IMG/VR virus record: IMGVR_UViG_3300008516_000204
Span: 42,112 to 106,111 of that record
DNA length: 64,000 bases
Origin: a virus
Direction: 5' to 3' (one strand)
Shown: positions 42,251-52,323 of the stretch, in pieces
Layout of the letters: the number at the start of each line of letters is the position of its first letter
Position numbering within the stretch: the stretch's first letter is position 1
The notes under the pieces: model-generated
Seen by the model: the letters and a program-made list of their open reading frames with translations, nothing else
Told to the model about the DNA's origin: nothing
Database searches by the model: none
Program-made: the position numbers and the translations under genes

Positions 42251-43042
42251 ATGAAACAAAGTCACATAATCGGACTTCTAAAATCCGATGATATCGATAC
42301 ACCACCTCACAGAAAGAAGTGGCTATTTTATCCATCCGAAGCGTCCTGCCTCATCGATGGCGAGATAGTGGGAAACTGTCTCAGGAGGTCTTACTATGCC
42401 TGGAAAAAGGTATCGATTACCAACCAGCCCAGCGTGTTTGCTCGTGTCTCAAGAAAGATGGGCAAATTCATCGAATCCGACACGAAAGATTGCCTACTAC
42501 ATAATAAGGAACTTGTGGATAAGTCAAAGAAGGATAGGCACTTTAGGACAGAAATTATCGAGGGAATTACAGTATCAGGCGAGATTGATGCTATTACTAA
42601 AAGAGGAAGCAAGGAAATAGGATTGGAAATCAAGTCATTTTCGAGCAATCCAAAGTATGTTGCAGATAGACCCAAAGAAACCCACATAATGCAGGCTTTG
42701 CTTTACATCGTTTGCTATAAGCCAAGATTGCCTTATTGGATTATCTTTTACAGGAAATCCCCAGTAACCTATAGATCCAAAATGGATGATTGGCTAAATT
42801 TCGAGGGATTTGAACACAGGATTGACTGGATTAAAATGGACAATAATATATTTCCAATTATCAATGGCAAGCTAGAAAAAAGTATTAGCATAAGGGGAAT
42901 TTTAGAGAGGTGGAAAGTTCTAAAATACTACATAATAAAAAACGAACTCCCCCCATGCGACTATAAATTAAGTAGCAAAGAGTGTGGTTATTGTCCCTAC
43001 AAAAAACATTGCAAAGAAAACAGGTTTGGTAAAGGGAGGTAA
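42251..43042 (+). CDS. Cas4-like PD-(D/E)xK exonuclease (solo)
   Basis: PS...C.R..YY, SGEID, EIKS, Q...Y, C..CPY...C Fe-S ligands; likely start ATG 42251. Confidence 0.8.
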   Translation: MKQSHIIGLLKSDDIDTPPHRKKWLFYPSEASCLIDGEIVGNCLRRSYYAWKKVSITNQPSVFARVSRKMGKFIESDTKDCLLHNKELVDKSKKDRHFRTEIIEGITVSGEIDAITKRGSKEIGLEIKSFSSNPKYVADRPKETHIMQALLYIVCYKPRLPYWIIFYRKSPVTYRSKMDDWLNFEGFEHRIDWIKMDNNIFPIINGKLEKSISIRGILERWKVLKYYIIKNELPPCDYKLSSKECGYCPYKKHCKENRFGKGR

Positions 43043-43645
43043 TGATGATTCCTCAAATTTTAATGGAAACAATTACTGGGACGGCTACCAAAATGGCAGA
43101 TTTAAGCGAAAGTGTGTTTAAAACAGGTAATCCAGAAATCTTTCGTTCCCTAATACTTGGCATTAGGGATAAGCAACCCTATCTGGTCGAGTGGTTTGCA
43201 CTTTATTGCCAGTCGTGCTTGGCTCAGGGGATGGGAAAGGTAGAAATAGCTGCTATGACTATGGCTTTCGTGGTAACAATGAAAGCACTATATGACCAAG
43301 ATGAGATTAGTAACTTGGAGGATTTATTTAAAAAGTGAAGGACATCCCTAAAAAACTTTCTCGGTATCCGTGTCCTATTTGTGGTAAACTGCTAACTGTG
43401 ACTTATTGGGGAATTGTCAACTTAGCGAATCCAAAATCTGACAATCTATGGAGATTCTGTTGCAAGAGCATTTTGATAACCTCGTTCGGCGAATATCATT
43501 GCTATTTTAATTCTCCGATTGTTCAACTGCCTCGAAATTATAGGGACAAGATAGACTGGGGCAAAATAAAAAGCCTCACAGATAGCATTCATCCTGTTAT
43601 TAAAAATGCTATAGATGAGGCAATTAAGCACAATAAATTTGCTAA

Positions 43646-43807
43646 TTAAAGCCTGTCTTTGATATACCTGCCTACAAAATATAATCCCGCCGATAAGCAA
43701 AGTCCAGTTACCACCACTGGATTCTGCTTTACAATAGCAATTATAGAAATCAGACCTATAATACAACTTGTTGCCTGACAAATTAAGCCTATCATTCTAT
43801 TGTCCAT
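43646..43807 (-). CDS. 53-aa two-TM protein, holin candidate (not in the ORF track)
   Basis: AGGAGG RBS; MDNRMIGLICQATSCIIGLISIIAIVKQNPVVVTGLCLSAGLYFVGRYIKDRL; last gene of the - strand block. Confidence 0.55.
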   Translation of the reverse strand: MDNRMIGLICQATSCIIGLISIIAIVKQNPVVVTGLCLSAGLYFVGRYIKDRL

Positions 43808-43820
43808 AACTATCCCTCCT

Positions 43821-44543
43821 TTACAATATTCCTAATTTAACTAAATCTGGCTTCATTAATACTCTTATTTTGACTCTAGGATATTTTATCTTAAATAATT
43901 CAAATTTTTTCTTAGCGTCATCCCGCCAATAACCTTTTATTTCGATATAAGTATTTGTTTTTGGTAAATAAAAATCTGGTATATAACTTGTTTTACCTAA
44001 ATCAAAAGTTTTGGGTTCATAGAACCATCTAATTCTATCACTATCTAAATATTTTGCATAACCTATTTCCCATCCAGAACGCATATTAATTTTTTTATAA
44101 ATTCCCCATTTACCATGAACTACTTTACCATACATTGGGTTGTTTTTACCCTCATAAGAACGCCTAGTTTTTACATTTAATTTAGTGGCACAAAATCGAC
44201 ACCTCCCTTTTCCATACTTCCAAGTTTGGTAGGTTATTTCTTTGTTACATTCTAGTTCTTTGCAATAATACTTTTTTATCCATCTGCCATCAATATAACT
44301 GGCATTATTTTTTCCTTTAGTTGCACAAGATTGACATGTTTTATTTCCATAATAAAAAGTTGTATAAGAAATTTCATTTATTTTACAACTAATACAGTAA
44401 TACTTTCTTCTAGTTATTCCATTTTTCCAATTAGGATTATGCTCTCCCAAATTAGAACAAACTCTACAAAAATTAGCTCTTTTATCTTTTAATTTGCCAC
44501 AGACACATAAATCTTTAGAATGTCTTGGCATTAGAATTTCCAT
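43821..44543 (-). mobile_element. free-standing endonuclease (Cys modules + PD-(D/E)xK domain)
   Basis: MRSGWE..YA.YLD...W.YEPKTF...Y.PDFYL....IEIKG; paralog of 59860..60540. Confidence 0.8.
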
Positions 44544-45169
44544 CTATAATATAATATCATCCTGTTATCGCCCTTATATCCTTTTCCTACACCCAAACCT
44601 ATATTTGAATTATCTGTAATTTTATATGACGAACCTAAATAGATACCTCGATTAGTCAAGAATGTTTCTAATTCCAGTTTCCAGTATCTAAGGAATGAGA
44701 TGCCAACTCCTCCTTCAAAAACACCGCCTTCCAATCCAAAGCCCGCTCCCATAACACCAATCGGCTTCAACTGAAATCCCACTGGGGCAAGTTTCTTCTT
44801 AAGTCCTGGAATATCTGCCACAGATAACTGTTTTAAAATATTCTCATCTTTATCTCTAAAATAAACAAATCCTTTCTTATCAATATAAACATGGTCTCCT
44901 TGTTCATTAACTTCTAAAATAGCCTCTCGCCCATATCCAATATCTATCTTTACTGGTTTGCTCCCTCTTCCCTGTACATAAAAGTAACTCGCTACAAAAC
45001 CAAATATAAAAGCATAAATAATTAATTTTCGCACATTAAAAAGCGAAAAAATATCCTTCAGCCACAGAACTGGGTTAAACAAATTTAACATACTATTAGT
45101 AAATTTCTTGCCAGAAACTTTCTCTCTATATTTCCATTTTTTGCCTACGCTACAATTATTTCTGTTCAT
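44531..45169 (-). CDS. membrane protein: N-terminal TM helix + C-terminal amphipathic beta-strands ending in Phe
   Basis: LIIYAFIFGFVASYFYV TM segment; C-terminus ...NIGLGVGKG...RMILYYRWKF. Confidence 0.6.
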   Translation of the reverse strand: MNRNNCSVGKKWKYREKVSGKKFTNSMLNLFNPVLWLKDIFSLFNVRKLIIYAFIFGFVASYFYVQGRGSKPVKIDIGYGREAILEVNEQGDHVYIDKKGFVYFRDKDENILKQLSVADIPGLKKKLAPVGFQLKPIGVMGAGFGLEGGVFEGGVGISFLRYWKLELETFLTNRGIYLGSSYKITDNSNIGLGVGKGYKGDNRMILYYRWKF

Positions 45170-45234
45170 ACTATCATCTCCTTGTTTAGCTCCTCTTTCT
45201 ATAGATTAAAAATATCACAATAAGGGAAATAAAT

Positions 45235-46353
45235 TTATATTACTTTAATACTTCCGAAGCTAGCTTCATTGGTTTCCCAATTTATATCAAAAGCACCTGT
45301 CAAATTAAATGAAATCTCATTTATAATACATCCTTTATTATCAACTACTCCATTGTAATAATTTTCAAATTCAGATCCGTATTTTTCAACCATATTATTA
45401 TAAATATCTAAAACTTGTATAGGTTCTGTTAAAGCTATAGTATAGTGGTAGTATTTTAAATCATAATGAACAGTTCTCAGAACTACATTTATAATAAATT
45501 TATTAAAAGTTGGGGGTGGTATATAATATTCTAAAGGTGGGATTTTTATATTTAATGAATCTATATAAAGCCTCCCATTTTTAGGTAATCTATAATTCTT
45601 AGTTTGGTATCCACCCAAAGACGAATATCTATAAAAAGACAATATGGTAGCAAGGGCTATATTAGGTATTCGTAATGTTTTCATAATTATTTTACCACTT
45701 TGGATTTCAATAGACTGAGATGGACTTAGATTGGATACAGCCCATTTTTTAAAATATCTACCATAAAATAAAATATTAGCACTATCTGTATAAATTTCTA
45801 AAGGGGAATGTTTCCAATCTTCTAAAAAATATGGTTCAGGAATAGGATGTCGTAAATCTTCTATGTGAATTGCTTTAATTTTAATTAAATTTTGCTTATC
45901 CTCTGTCTTTTTAGGCATTTTTGGTCTATTAAGACAATCTATATCTACCCATTCTCTTTTATCTTCTACTTTGTTTCCATATTTATAAGTTCCTATATAA
46001 TTTGCTTTACTATCATAATTAAAATATTGGTATAATAAAGGTGTGGCTGATACATTATGCGGATCTGATAAAAGTTTTTCTGTAGATGTTCTCAATTCAT
46101 TTATATGTTTTTTATTTACAGGAGTTTTTGGGGGTATCGTGCTAAAATCTGTTTTTTCCATTTCTGGAGCAAATTTTGTAGCTTCAATTTCTTGCTGCTT
46201 TCTTGTATCCTGTAATTCTTTGATATGCTTAACTTTTATTGGTACCACCCCTTTGTAATCATCGCCACTCAACCCTCTGGGTGTCAAAATAGGATCATCT
46301 GTCCATTTGCCTATTTCGGTATGGCAAGTTGGGCATAGTTTTTTATCGGGCAT
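45235..46353 (-). CDS. putative virion/tail-associated protein
   Basis: Downstream of the large tail protein; three HI.(E/D)L(R/Q) motifs. Confidence 0.5.
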   Translation of the reverse strand: MPDKKLCPTCHTEIGKWTDDPILTPRGLSGDDYKGVVPIKVKHIKELQDTRKQQEIEATKFAPEMEKTDFSTIPPKTPVNKKHINELRTSTEKLLSDPHNVSATPLLYQYFNYDSKANYIGTYKYGNKVEDKREWVDIDCLNRPKMPKKTEDKQNLIKIKAIHIEDLRHPIPEPYFLEDWKHSPLEIYTDSANILFYGRYFKKWAVSNLSPSQSIEIQSGKIIMKTLRIPNIALATILSFYRYSSLGGYQTKNYRLPKNGRLYIDSLNIKIPPLEYYIPPPTFNKFIINVVLRTVHYDLKYYHYTIALTEPIQVLDIYNNMVEKYGSEFENYYNGVVDNKGCIINEISFNLTGAFDINWETNEASFGSIKVI

Positions 46354-46655
46354 TATTCTTCCTCCTCATCAACATAATAAGCCCCTAGTTTGGCAAAACA
46401 AGGACCACCCTGACCAGCACTTCTGTGATCATGATAATCTTCCTTGCTCGCCTCATTTATTTCATATTTCGTTTTGCTATTTAATAGGTGCTTAAACTCA
46501 TCGGAATTTACAATATCCTCAATGTTTTCAAGTCTGTCTTTCAAATTTTTGAGAATATTAATATCCTTATTGGCTGTATCAAGTTTGTTTTTCAACTCTT
46601 TTATTTCTTTTATTAGAGTAGATATTACTTCAAATTCTTTAGCCGATAGAGGCAT
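46353..46655 (-). CDS. coiled-coil hypothetical protein
   Basis: Heptad pattern, coupled to 45235..46353. Confidence 0.55.
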   Translation of the reverse strand: MPLSAKEFEVISTLIKEIKELKNKLDTANKDINILKNLKDRLENIEDIVNSDEFKHLLNSKTKYEINEASKEDYHDHRSAGQGGPCFAKLGAYYVDEEEE

Positions 46656-46668
46656 TTTTATCTCCTTA

Positions 46669-49600
46669 TTATGCTGAGTATTGTGTAGTTAGTTGTAATG
46701 TTGTTGTATTATCTATAAAATTATATGCTATAGATGTTACTCTCGCATCAAGTGACTCCCAATCTCCCTGTTCAGTATTCTGCAAATTAACAGTTTTTTT
46801 GAGATTCCAAGTATTATCAATTGTATCTAAAGTAACTGACCCAGATATCACTATATCTTTCTTAGATTCCAGCTCTTTATTAGCCCGATTCAGAATTTTA
46901 TCTGTATCATCAATAAATAGCGAAGGTAGATCATCGGGATAATTTCTCCAATCGTACTCTACATCAACTTTTTCTCCACTGATGTAAGCATAAAAACGAC
47001 TCTTATCATATCGATAGCTTGAATCGTAAATTCTGAGAATTTTTGGGCTCACAGCGGTACCAGAAAGAGAGGCACTTACTATCAGTGGTTCGGTTTCAAC
47101 AGCCACCAGAGCAATCACGGTTCCTGGTGTCGGTGTGCTAGCTGGTGTCGGCTTATTGTATATCCATTTATTAAACTTGACCAAAAAACCATCTATTTCT
47201 GTCGCTGAATCTGCTTTATATTTTGGTTCAAGTGATCCTTTTTCAAAATCAGTAACTGTACTATATTTAGCTTCCTGCTTCCATTCTTCAGTTTCTATCG
47301 GTGGGATATCATCAGTTGCACTTTTTATTCTTTTAGTCTTCATCCACTGTCTCTGGGTTATTTTCTGATACTTACTATTATTACAGAATTCGGACACAGC
47401 GAGATAAGTCATATCATGATAACCTTCCCAAACCCAATCTGTATTCTGTTCTTCTGGAGTAGCTTCTGGATTCAAGACTACCTTATTAAACTGCCCAAGG
47501 AAGGATTTTTTCCTGTATGCTCCTTCTCTCATTGCCTTAATGAAAGACACTTTTGTATTAAGAAGCTTTACTACTTTCCAATGGTCTGGAAGACACCACT
47601 TGGTATAATCATAGCCCCAATCTTTAGTTTCGTCTTCTAATGGATAACACTCAACTTCTCTTATTTCTATTTTTCTTGAACCCTGAACTATACATTGGTT
47701 ATATCTATTCGTATTATCAAAAATTAAATTTGAATCAATAACATTAAATTGTGGACTGGATGTCGATATTTTCTGTCCATATATTCCAAAATAAACATCT
47801 TTACCACTTGCGACAGTCAAATCTATAAAATTTAATGTTCCATCTGGATCGATGTAATATTTATAATTTTTGGCCTCTTTAAGAATCTCTGTAATAGCTT
47901 GAGCGGTAGGTATTGTAGTGAGTTCCAGTTCTTTTATATTATCAGCGGAGACAGTTCCCGAAACCCCACTGACTATTTCAGTCACTGGAGCTAAAATCTG
48001 ATTAAGTGCATTTGTCGGAGAGACATCTCTGAAAGTTAAAATATGGGTTTCCCCATAGGTAGCTGTAGCGTAGCTATATACCTGTTCTAACTCAGCCCTT
48101 GGACCAGCTGCTTGATAATGTATCGTCTCATTATTTATAGACATTGACCGTCTAATAACTCGAATCCTGCCTGTAAATAAAGTGTTCTCATTATGGATTA
48201 CAGAGACTATCTGATCATAGTTAAACGAACCAGCACTATCAAAATCTACAGGCTCTTCAAATTCGCAAACTCTCGCACTATCCAATGAAAACCTTATGCT
48301 ATTAACGACAACTTCCTTTAAACTTTGACTTAATATTGTCCCATTGCTAATAACAATAGTATCACCAGTATAAGTGGCAGCTGAATATACAAATGTAAAT
48401 TGTCTAGTTCTACCCAAAGTTCCATACTGATCTTTAGCCCTTACTTTAAATATATGAGAACCAGTTCCCATTGTTTTTACAACATGAGTATCTGTAGTAT
48501 TATCACTAGTAGAAGTAGGTTCAGAACCATCAATAGTATAATAATAAGTCATATCCCCTGGGGCATCTGGTGCAACCCATTCAAAATAGCCACTATCAGA
48601 TAAATCCTGAAGCTGTCCATTAATTATCTCGGTTCCACCTTCACTGACATAGCATTTTAAATTAGTCAGGTCTGGGGACAGTGACGAGATCCACAAATTA
48701 AATGTCGCAAGATTACTCCATAACCCATTTAGTGCTTGTGCCTTTATTTTTAATGTGTGTTGCCCTGCTTCCAAGAATACGTCAGCATAATCCAGAGCTA
48801 CCTTTATGATACGGGAATCTGTAATATCCGAGCTTAATATCTCGGTAGTTGCTGCCCTAACTCTTATCTCAGCCAATTTATTTGAATTGGTAGGAGTGCT
48901 TGCTGGATCTGGATCAACTCCTTTTATTCCCTTGCTAACTCTGATAACATTATCATTCAGAGTAATATAGATAACATCAATTCTATCTAAATCTTCTGAA
49001 TCCTCTATAGTAAAGTTCTGTGAAGTATAAATTATTCTCTCCAAATTATTATAAAAAATTCCATCATTAACCTTGACTATCATATTAGAAACTTCTTCAA
49101 CATCCATACCAGATATAACAATACTTGGCTGCGGAATATTAATTATATCATCGGGAGTTCCATCAACAGCATAACTGTAACCTTTAATCGGAACTATATG
49201 TAATGGTGTATCCCAGTCAAAATAAACAGTATTATCTGGCTGATATGTGCTATCAGATATTTCTGCTCCATTTTTTTCCTCATAAGCTTTTAAATTTAAA
49301 ATTGAGAAGGCATCAGTATTCAAATAGCATTCTAAATAGAAGTCAACTTCCGATAAGATTAAGCCACCAGCGGTTTTGAACTCATAGTATATCCTCTTAA
49401 CCCCATTTCCTGCTATAACATCCCACTCTCTTTCACCATCATCAATTTTTTCCCAAGAAGACCAAGTTCCACCTACTTCATTTTTAAATCTCCACTGATA
49501 ATAGGACAATGTAGTAATAATATGAATTGTTTGAGTAGGGATGTAATATCCTTCTTGAATATAGATATCACTTTTTACAAATTTACTTATGTCAGTTGAG

Positions 49601-50994
49601 TACCTAATGTCTGTGTTTATATTTTTATATTCGGGCACTAAAAATCTAATATCTGCATTGATATGTGTAAAGGCATCGCCCCTAACATAAGCATCGGACA
49701 AAATAGTTTTATCTCTTTTTGCAGCAATGTGAGCATCTGAAATTATTGGTATAGCTAAGATGTCCGCTATTACAGCATCCGATTTTATAGACTTTACACC
49801 AGTCCCTGGTAAAATAATTTTAGCGTCTGACAAAATCGTTGCCTGCGTACCTACTGCCTTAATGTTAGCATCAGAAAATATATTTTTATCCTCTATAGAC
49901 AAAATACTTGCATCTGATGAAACAGTTATATCATATTGATCCGATACTATGGCATCCGATGAAATAGTCTTTTGTTCTGTTCCAGTTATACTTGCATCTG
50001 CCAAAATTGTTTTCTGGTCTGTTATCGCCTGTTGCATATAGGTTTTAAAGTACATATCATAGGGATTGATATGCCAAGATGTCTCCCCATCAGTACTATA
50101 AACATAATTCCCATCGGCATAGACATCGGTATCCTGGTAAAAAATAGCACAGCCACCATCAACAGAAGTTCTTCTGACCACTAGGCTGTAATAATTATTG
50201 GCAACAATATTTTCCGCTGGCGTAGATAAGGCAATAACAAATTCTGTTCCAGCAATATCAACAGTTAAATCTGAATTACTAAAAGTCCCAGAACCCAATA
50301 CTATAGAATCTGGCTTAGTATGAGATTCGATAGTATTTCTTATTTCAACGATAAAATCCCCAGAGGAATAACCAGCCTTGTATCCCCATAAATTGACTTT
50401 TTTTAGAGTGCCACTGATTCCAGCTTGGAAGGTTTGAGCTACTCTGAAGTTGGCTGTATTAATTATTTGAAAGGAATTTTGCTGTGCTTGTTCTTGGTCC
50501 AATGAAGGAATGAGTTCGACATATGTTTTAAAATAAAGGTCATAAGTAGAATTAATAGTCCAACTAGAACCGCTATTTACAGAATAACAATAATCACCAT
50601 TTGTATAAGGGTCTGTACCTGCTCCATAAAAGCCATAATAATGAACATTATAAGTTCCTCCATCGGCTTTCTGATGAACAACTATTGAATAACTTGTTCC
50701 AGAAACTATAGATGTCGGGGTGGAGAAATTTATTGTAAATTCTGCTCCAACTCCTCCAATACTTCCAGCAGAGATTTCTTCAGAAGCAAGGATATTTCCA
50801 TCTGGTTTACCTCCACTTACCCCTTGAATTTCTACTATCAAATTGGATGGTGAGCCTATTTTAACAGGATATAATTTAACTGTAGGTAATTCCCCAGACA
50901 ACCCTGCTTGGAAAGTCTGAGCACTATAATTTGATCCATAAACTTGATGTTGAATCCCACTAGCTAATGTTTGTTGCTGATCTAATACTGCCAT
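46669..50994 (-). CDS. large multidomain tail protein (tandem beta-sandwich domains, I.SDA.I repeats, FN3-like domain, hub-like C-terminus)
   Basis: Two LDQ.Q...AQTFQAG...DLYFKTY repeats, about eight TI.SDA.I repeats, YYTIDGSEPT; position after the tape measure gene. Confidence 0.7.
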   Translation of the reverse strand: MAVLDQQQTLASGIQHQVYGSNYSAQTFQAGLSGELPTVKLYPVKIGSPSNLIVEIQGVSGGKPDGNILASEEISAGSIGGVGAEFTINFSTPTSIVSGTSYSIVVHQKADGGTYNVHYYGFYGAGTDPYTNGDYCYSVNSGSSWTINSTYDLYFKTYVELIPSLDQEQAQQNSFQIINTANFRVAQTFQAGISGTLKKVNLWGYKAGYSSGDFIVEIRNTIESHTKPDSIVLGSGTFSNSDLTVDIAGTEFVIALSTPAENIVANNYYSLVVRRTSVDGGCAIFYQDTDVYADGNYVYSTDGETSWHINPYDMYFKTYMQQAITDQKTILADASITGTEQKTISSDAIVSDQYDITVSSDASILSIEDKNIFSDANIKAVGTQATILSDAKIILPGTGVKSIKSDAVIADILAIPIISDAHIAAKRDKTILSDAYVRGDAFTHINADIRFLVPEYKNINTDIRYSTDISKFVKSDIYIQEGYYIPTQTIHIITTLSYYQWRFKNEVGGTWSSWEKIDDGEREWDVIAGNGVKRIYYEFKTAGGLILSEVDFYLECYLNTDAFSILNLKAYEEKNGAEISDSTYQPDNTVYFDWDTPLHIVPIKGYSYAVDGTPDDIINIPQPSIVISGMDVEEVSNMIVKVNDGIFYNNLERIIYTSQNFTIEDSEDLDRIDVIYITLNDNVIRVSKGIKGVDPDPASTPTNSNKLAEIRVRAATTEILSSDITDSRIIKVALDYADVFLEAGQHTLKIKAQALNGLWSNLATFNLWISSLSPDLTNLKCYVSEGGTEIINGQLQDLSDSGYFEWVAPDAPGDMTYYYTIDGSEPTSTSDNTTDTHVVKTMGTGSHIFKVRAKDQYGTLGRTRQFTFVYSAATYTGDTIVISNGTILSQSLKEVVVNSIRFSLDSARVCEFEEPVDFDSAGSFNYDQIVSVIHNENTLFTGRIRVIRRSMSINNETIHYQAAGPRAELEQVYSYATATYGETHILTFRDVSPTNALNQILAPVTEIVSGVSGTVSADNIKELELTTIPTAQAITEILKEAKNYKYYIDPDGTLNFIDLTVASGKDVYFGIYGQKISTSSPQFNVIDSNLIFDNTNRYNQCIVQGSRKIEIREVECYPLEDETKDWGYDYTKWCLPDHWKVVKLLNTKVSFIKAMREGAYRKKSFLGQFNKVVLNPEATPEEQNTDWVWEGYHDMTYLAVSEFCNNSKYQKITQRQWMKTKRIKSATDDIPPIETEEWKQEAKYSTVTDFEKGSLEPKYKADSATEIDGFLVKFNKWIYNKPTPASTPTPGTVIALVAVETEPLIVSASLSGTAVSPKILRIYDSSYRYDKSRFYAYISGEKVDVEYDWRNYPDDLPSLFIDDTDKILNRANKELESKKDIVISGSVTLDTIDNTWNLKKTVNLQNTEQGDWESLDARVTSIAYNFIDNTTTLQLTTQYSA

Positions 50995-51004
50995 TATATT
51001 TCCT

Positions 51005-51424
51005 TTAGATAATTATATTCCCCAGTTCATCTATCTGTATAATCTTCTTATAGTTTTTGCCACTTCTATCATTATACTGGTAGCCTAGGAAGTAAATTAC
51101 ATCTTGTCTTATTTCCTTTCCAGATTGGCTAATTTCCATTTTCCTACGCCTATAATAAATGAGCCTCTTCCTATTCTTATCATCAACATTAGACAATAGT
51201 TCAGGTTGAGGCATTTGAATGCTATTTATATAAATTACGCCTAATTTCAAATCTAAAATAAGGCGTAAAGATTTCTCGGTATGAAAAAGTATAAATTTAA
51301 CTAAGTCGTTCTGCCTATCTAAAACCCCACGAAATAGATTCTCCTTACCATTTGTTTCAAATTGTTTCAACTGACTGCCATCGGAGAATTGAGCCAGCCA
51401 GTGAATTTTTAAATTTTGAGACAT
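51005..51424 (-). CDS. tail-module hypothetical protein
   Basis: W.A.FSDGS motif; loosely similar to 51937..52323. Confidence 0.55.
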   Translation of the reverse strand: MSQNLKIHWLAQFSDGSQLKQFETNGKENLFRGVLDRQNDLVKFILFHTEKSLRLILDLKLGVIYINSIQMPQPELLSNVDDKNRKRLIYYRRRKMEISQSGKEIRQDVIYFLGYQYNDRSGKNYKKIIQIDELGNIII

Positions 51425-51444
51425 TGTATTATCTCCTTATTAAA

Positions 51445-51933
51445 TTAAACTTCATCCCATTGGAATAATAAAGTCTTTTGATTTACTGCTCCTGCTGGCG
51501 TAGCTGCTGTAGTCTGCAATTGCTGAACTACATACTCAGTATAATTATCCCCAGGTCCAGTGATAGTCAAGGCTACACCATCACTTGCATGAATAACTGT
51601 AGAACCTGGCTCATCTGTTCCTATCAAAGCACCACCAGTATCTGTAGCAACTGGAACAACCCAAGTATTAGTTACTCTAATCTTTATGGTTTCACCAGTC
51701 TTGTAATTGCCAGCGGACTTCCAATATTTCATATTGCTAATGGTTGTATATGTCCCACTAAATTTTACTCGCAGATATTTCTCATATGAGTTCTCATTAG
51801 CAGTAATCGGGTAACTCGAAACAGGTGATAACTCATGATCATCCACATTACCAAAATTCAGATTAGCAATATCATCAGTAACAGATTCACCAGCAACATC
51901 ATTGGATTCCGAAAAAACAACTGTAGCTCCCAT
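51445..51933 (-). CDS. putative tail structural protein
   Basis: Beta-rich, Thr/Gly-rich; SYEK.LR motif; tail context. Confidence 0.55.
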   Translation of the reverse strand: MGATVVFSESNDVAGESVTDDIANLNFGNVDDHELSPVSSYPITANENSYEKYLRVKFSGTYTTISNMKYWKSAGNYKTGETIKIRVTNTWVVPVATDTGGALIGTDEPGSTVIHASDGVALTITGPGDNYTEYVVQQLQTTAATPAGAVNQKTLLFQWDEV

Positions 51934-51936
51934 CTT

Positions 51937-52323
51937 TTACTCGCCTCCTCTCCATCCATTCAAAATAGGTCTTCCATAGAATTCCTTCCCTCTTGGACAC
52001 TTGTATTTTTTTACATCTCCATACTTATATTTTCCATTAACTATCTCAATGCTTATTTCATAGGCTGTTACTATATTTCCTTTGGAGCCTACTACAAAGA
52101 CTTTCTCTATCTTATTTGTTACTTTAAAATTGCCATAAATATCTATTGAATATTCAGTAATAATAATGTACTCAGAAAAATCTTCTAAAATAATGGTTTT
52201 ATTTGGTAGCAGATACTCTACTTTTGTAATTGCTTTCTTAGGTACAAATCGCCAATCCAAATTCTCGATGGGATTGTTATTCTCATAAACTGAATTATCT
52301 GAAAAATATACCTTATAAGTCAT
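51937..52323 (-). CDS. tail-module hypothetical protein
   Basis: ORF coupled within the tail operon. Confidence 0.55.
   Translation of the reverse strand: MTYKVYFSDNSVYENNNPIENLDWRFVPKKAITKVEYLLPNKTIILEDFSEYIIITEYSIDIYGNFKVTNKIEKVFVVGSKGNIVTAYEISIEIVNGKYKYGDVKKYKCPRGKEFYGRPILNGWRGGE

Noticed and set aside
42251-43042. CRISPR-Cas locus suggested by the Cas4-like gene
   Set aside because: No cas1/cas2 and no repeat-spacer array seen; solo Cas4-like nucleases are common in phages
43640-43660. Bidirectional terminator at the convergence point
   Set aside because: The two stop codons overlap in TTAA and no convincing hairpin is present
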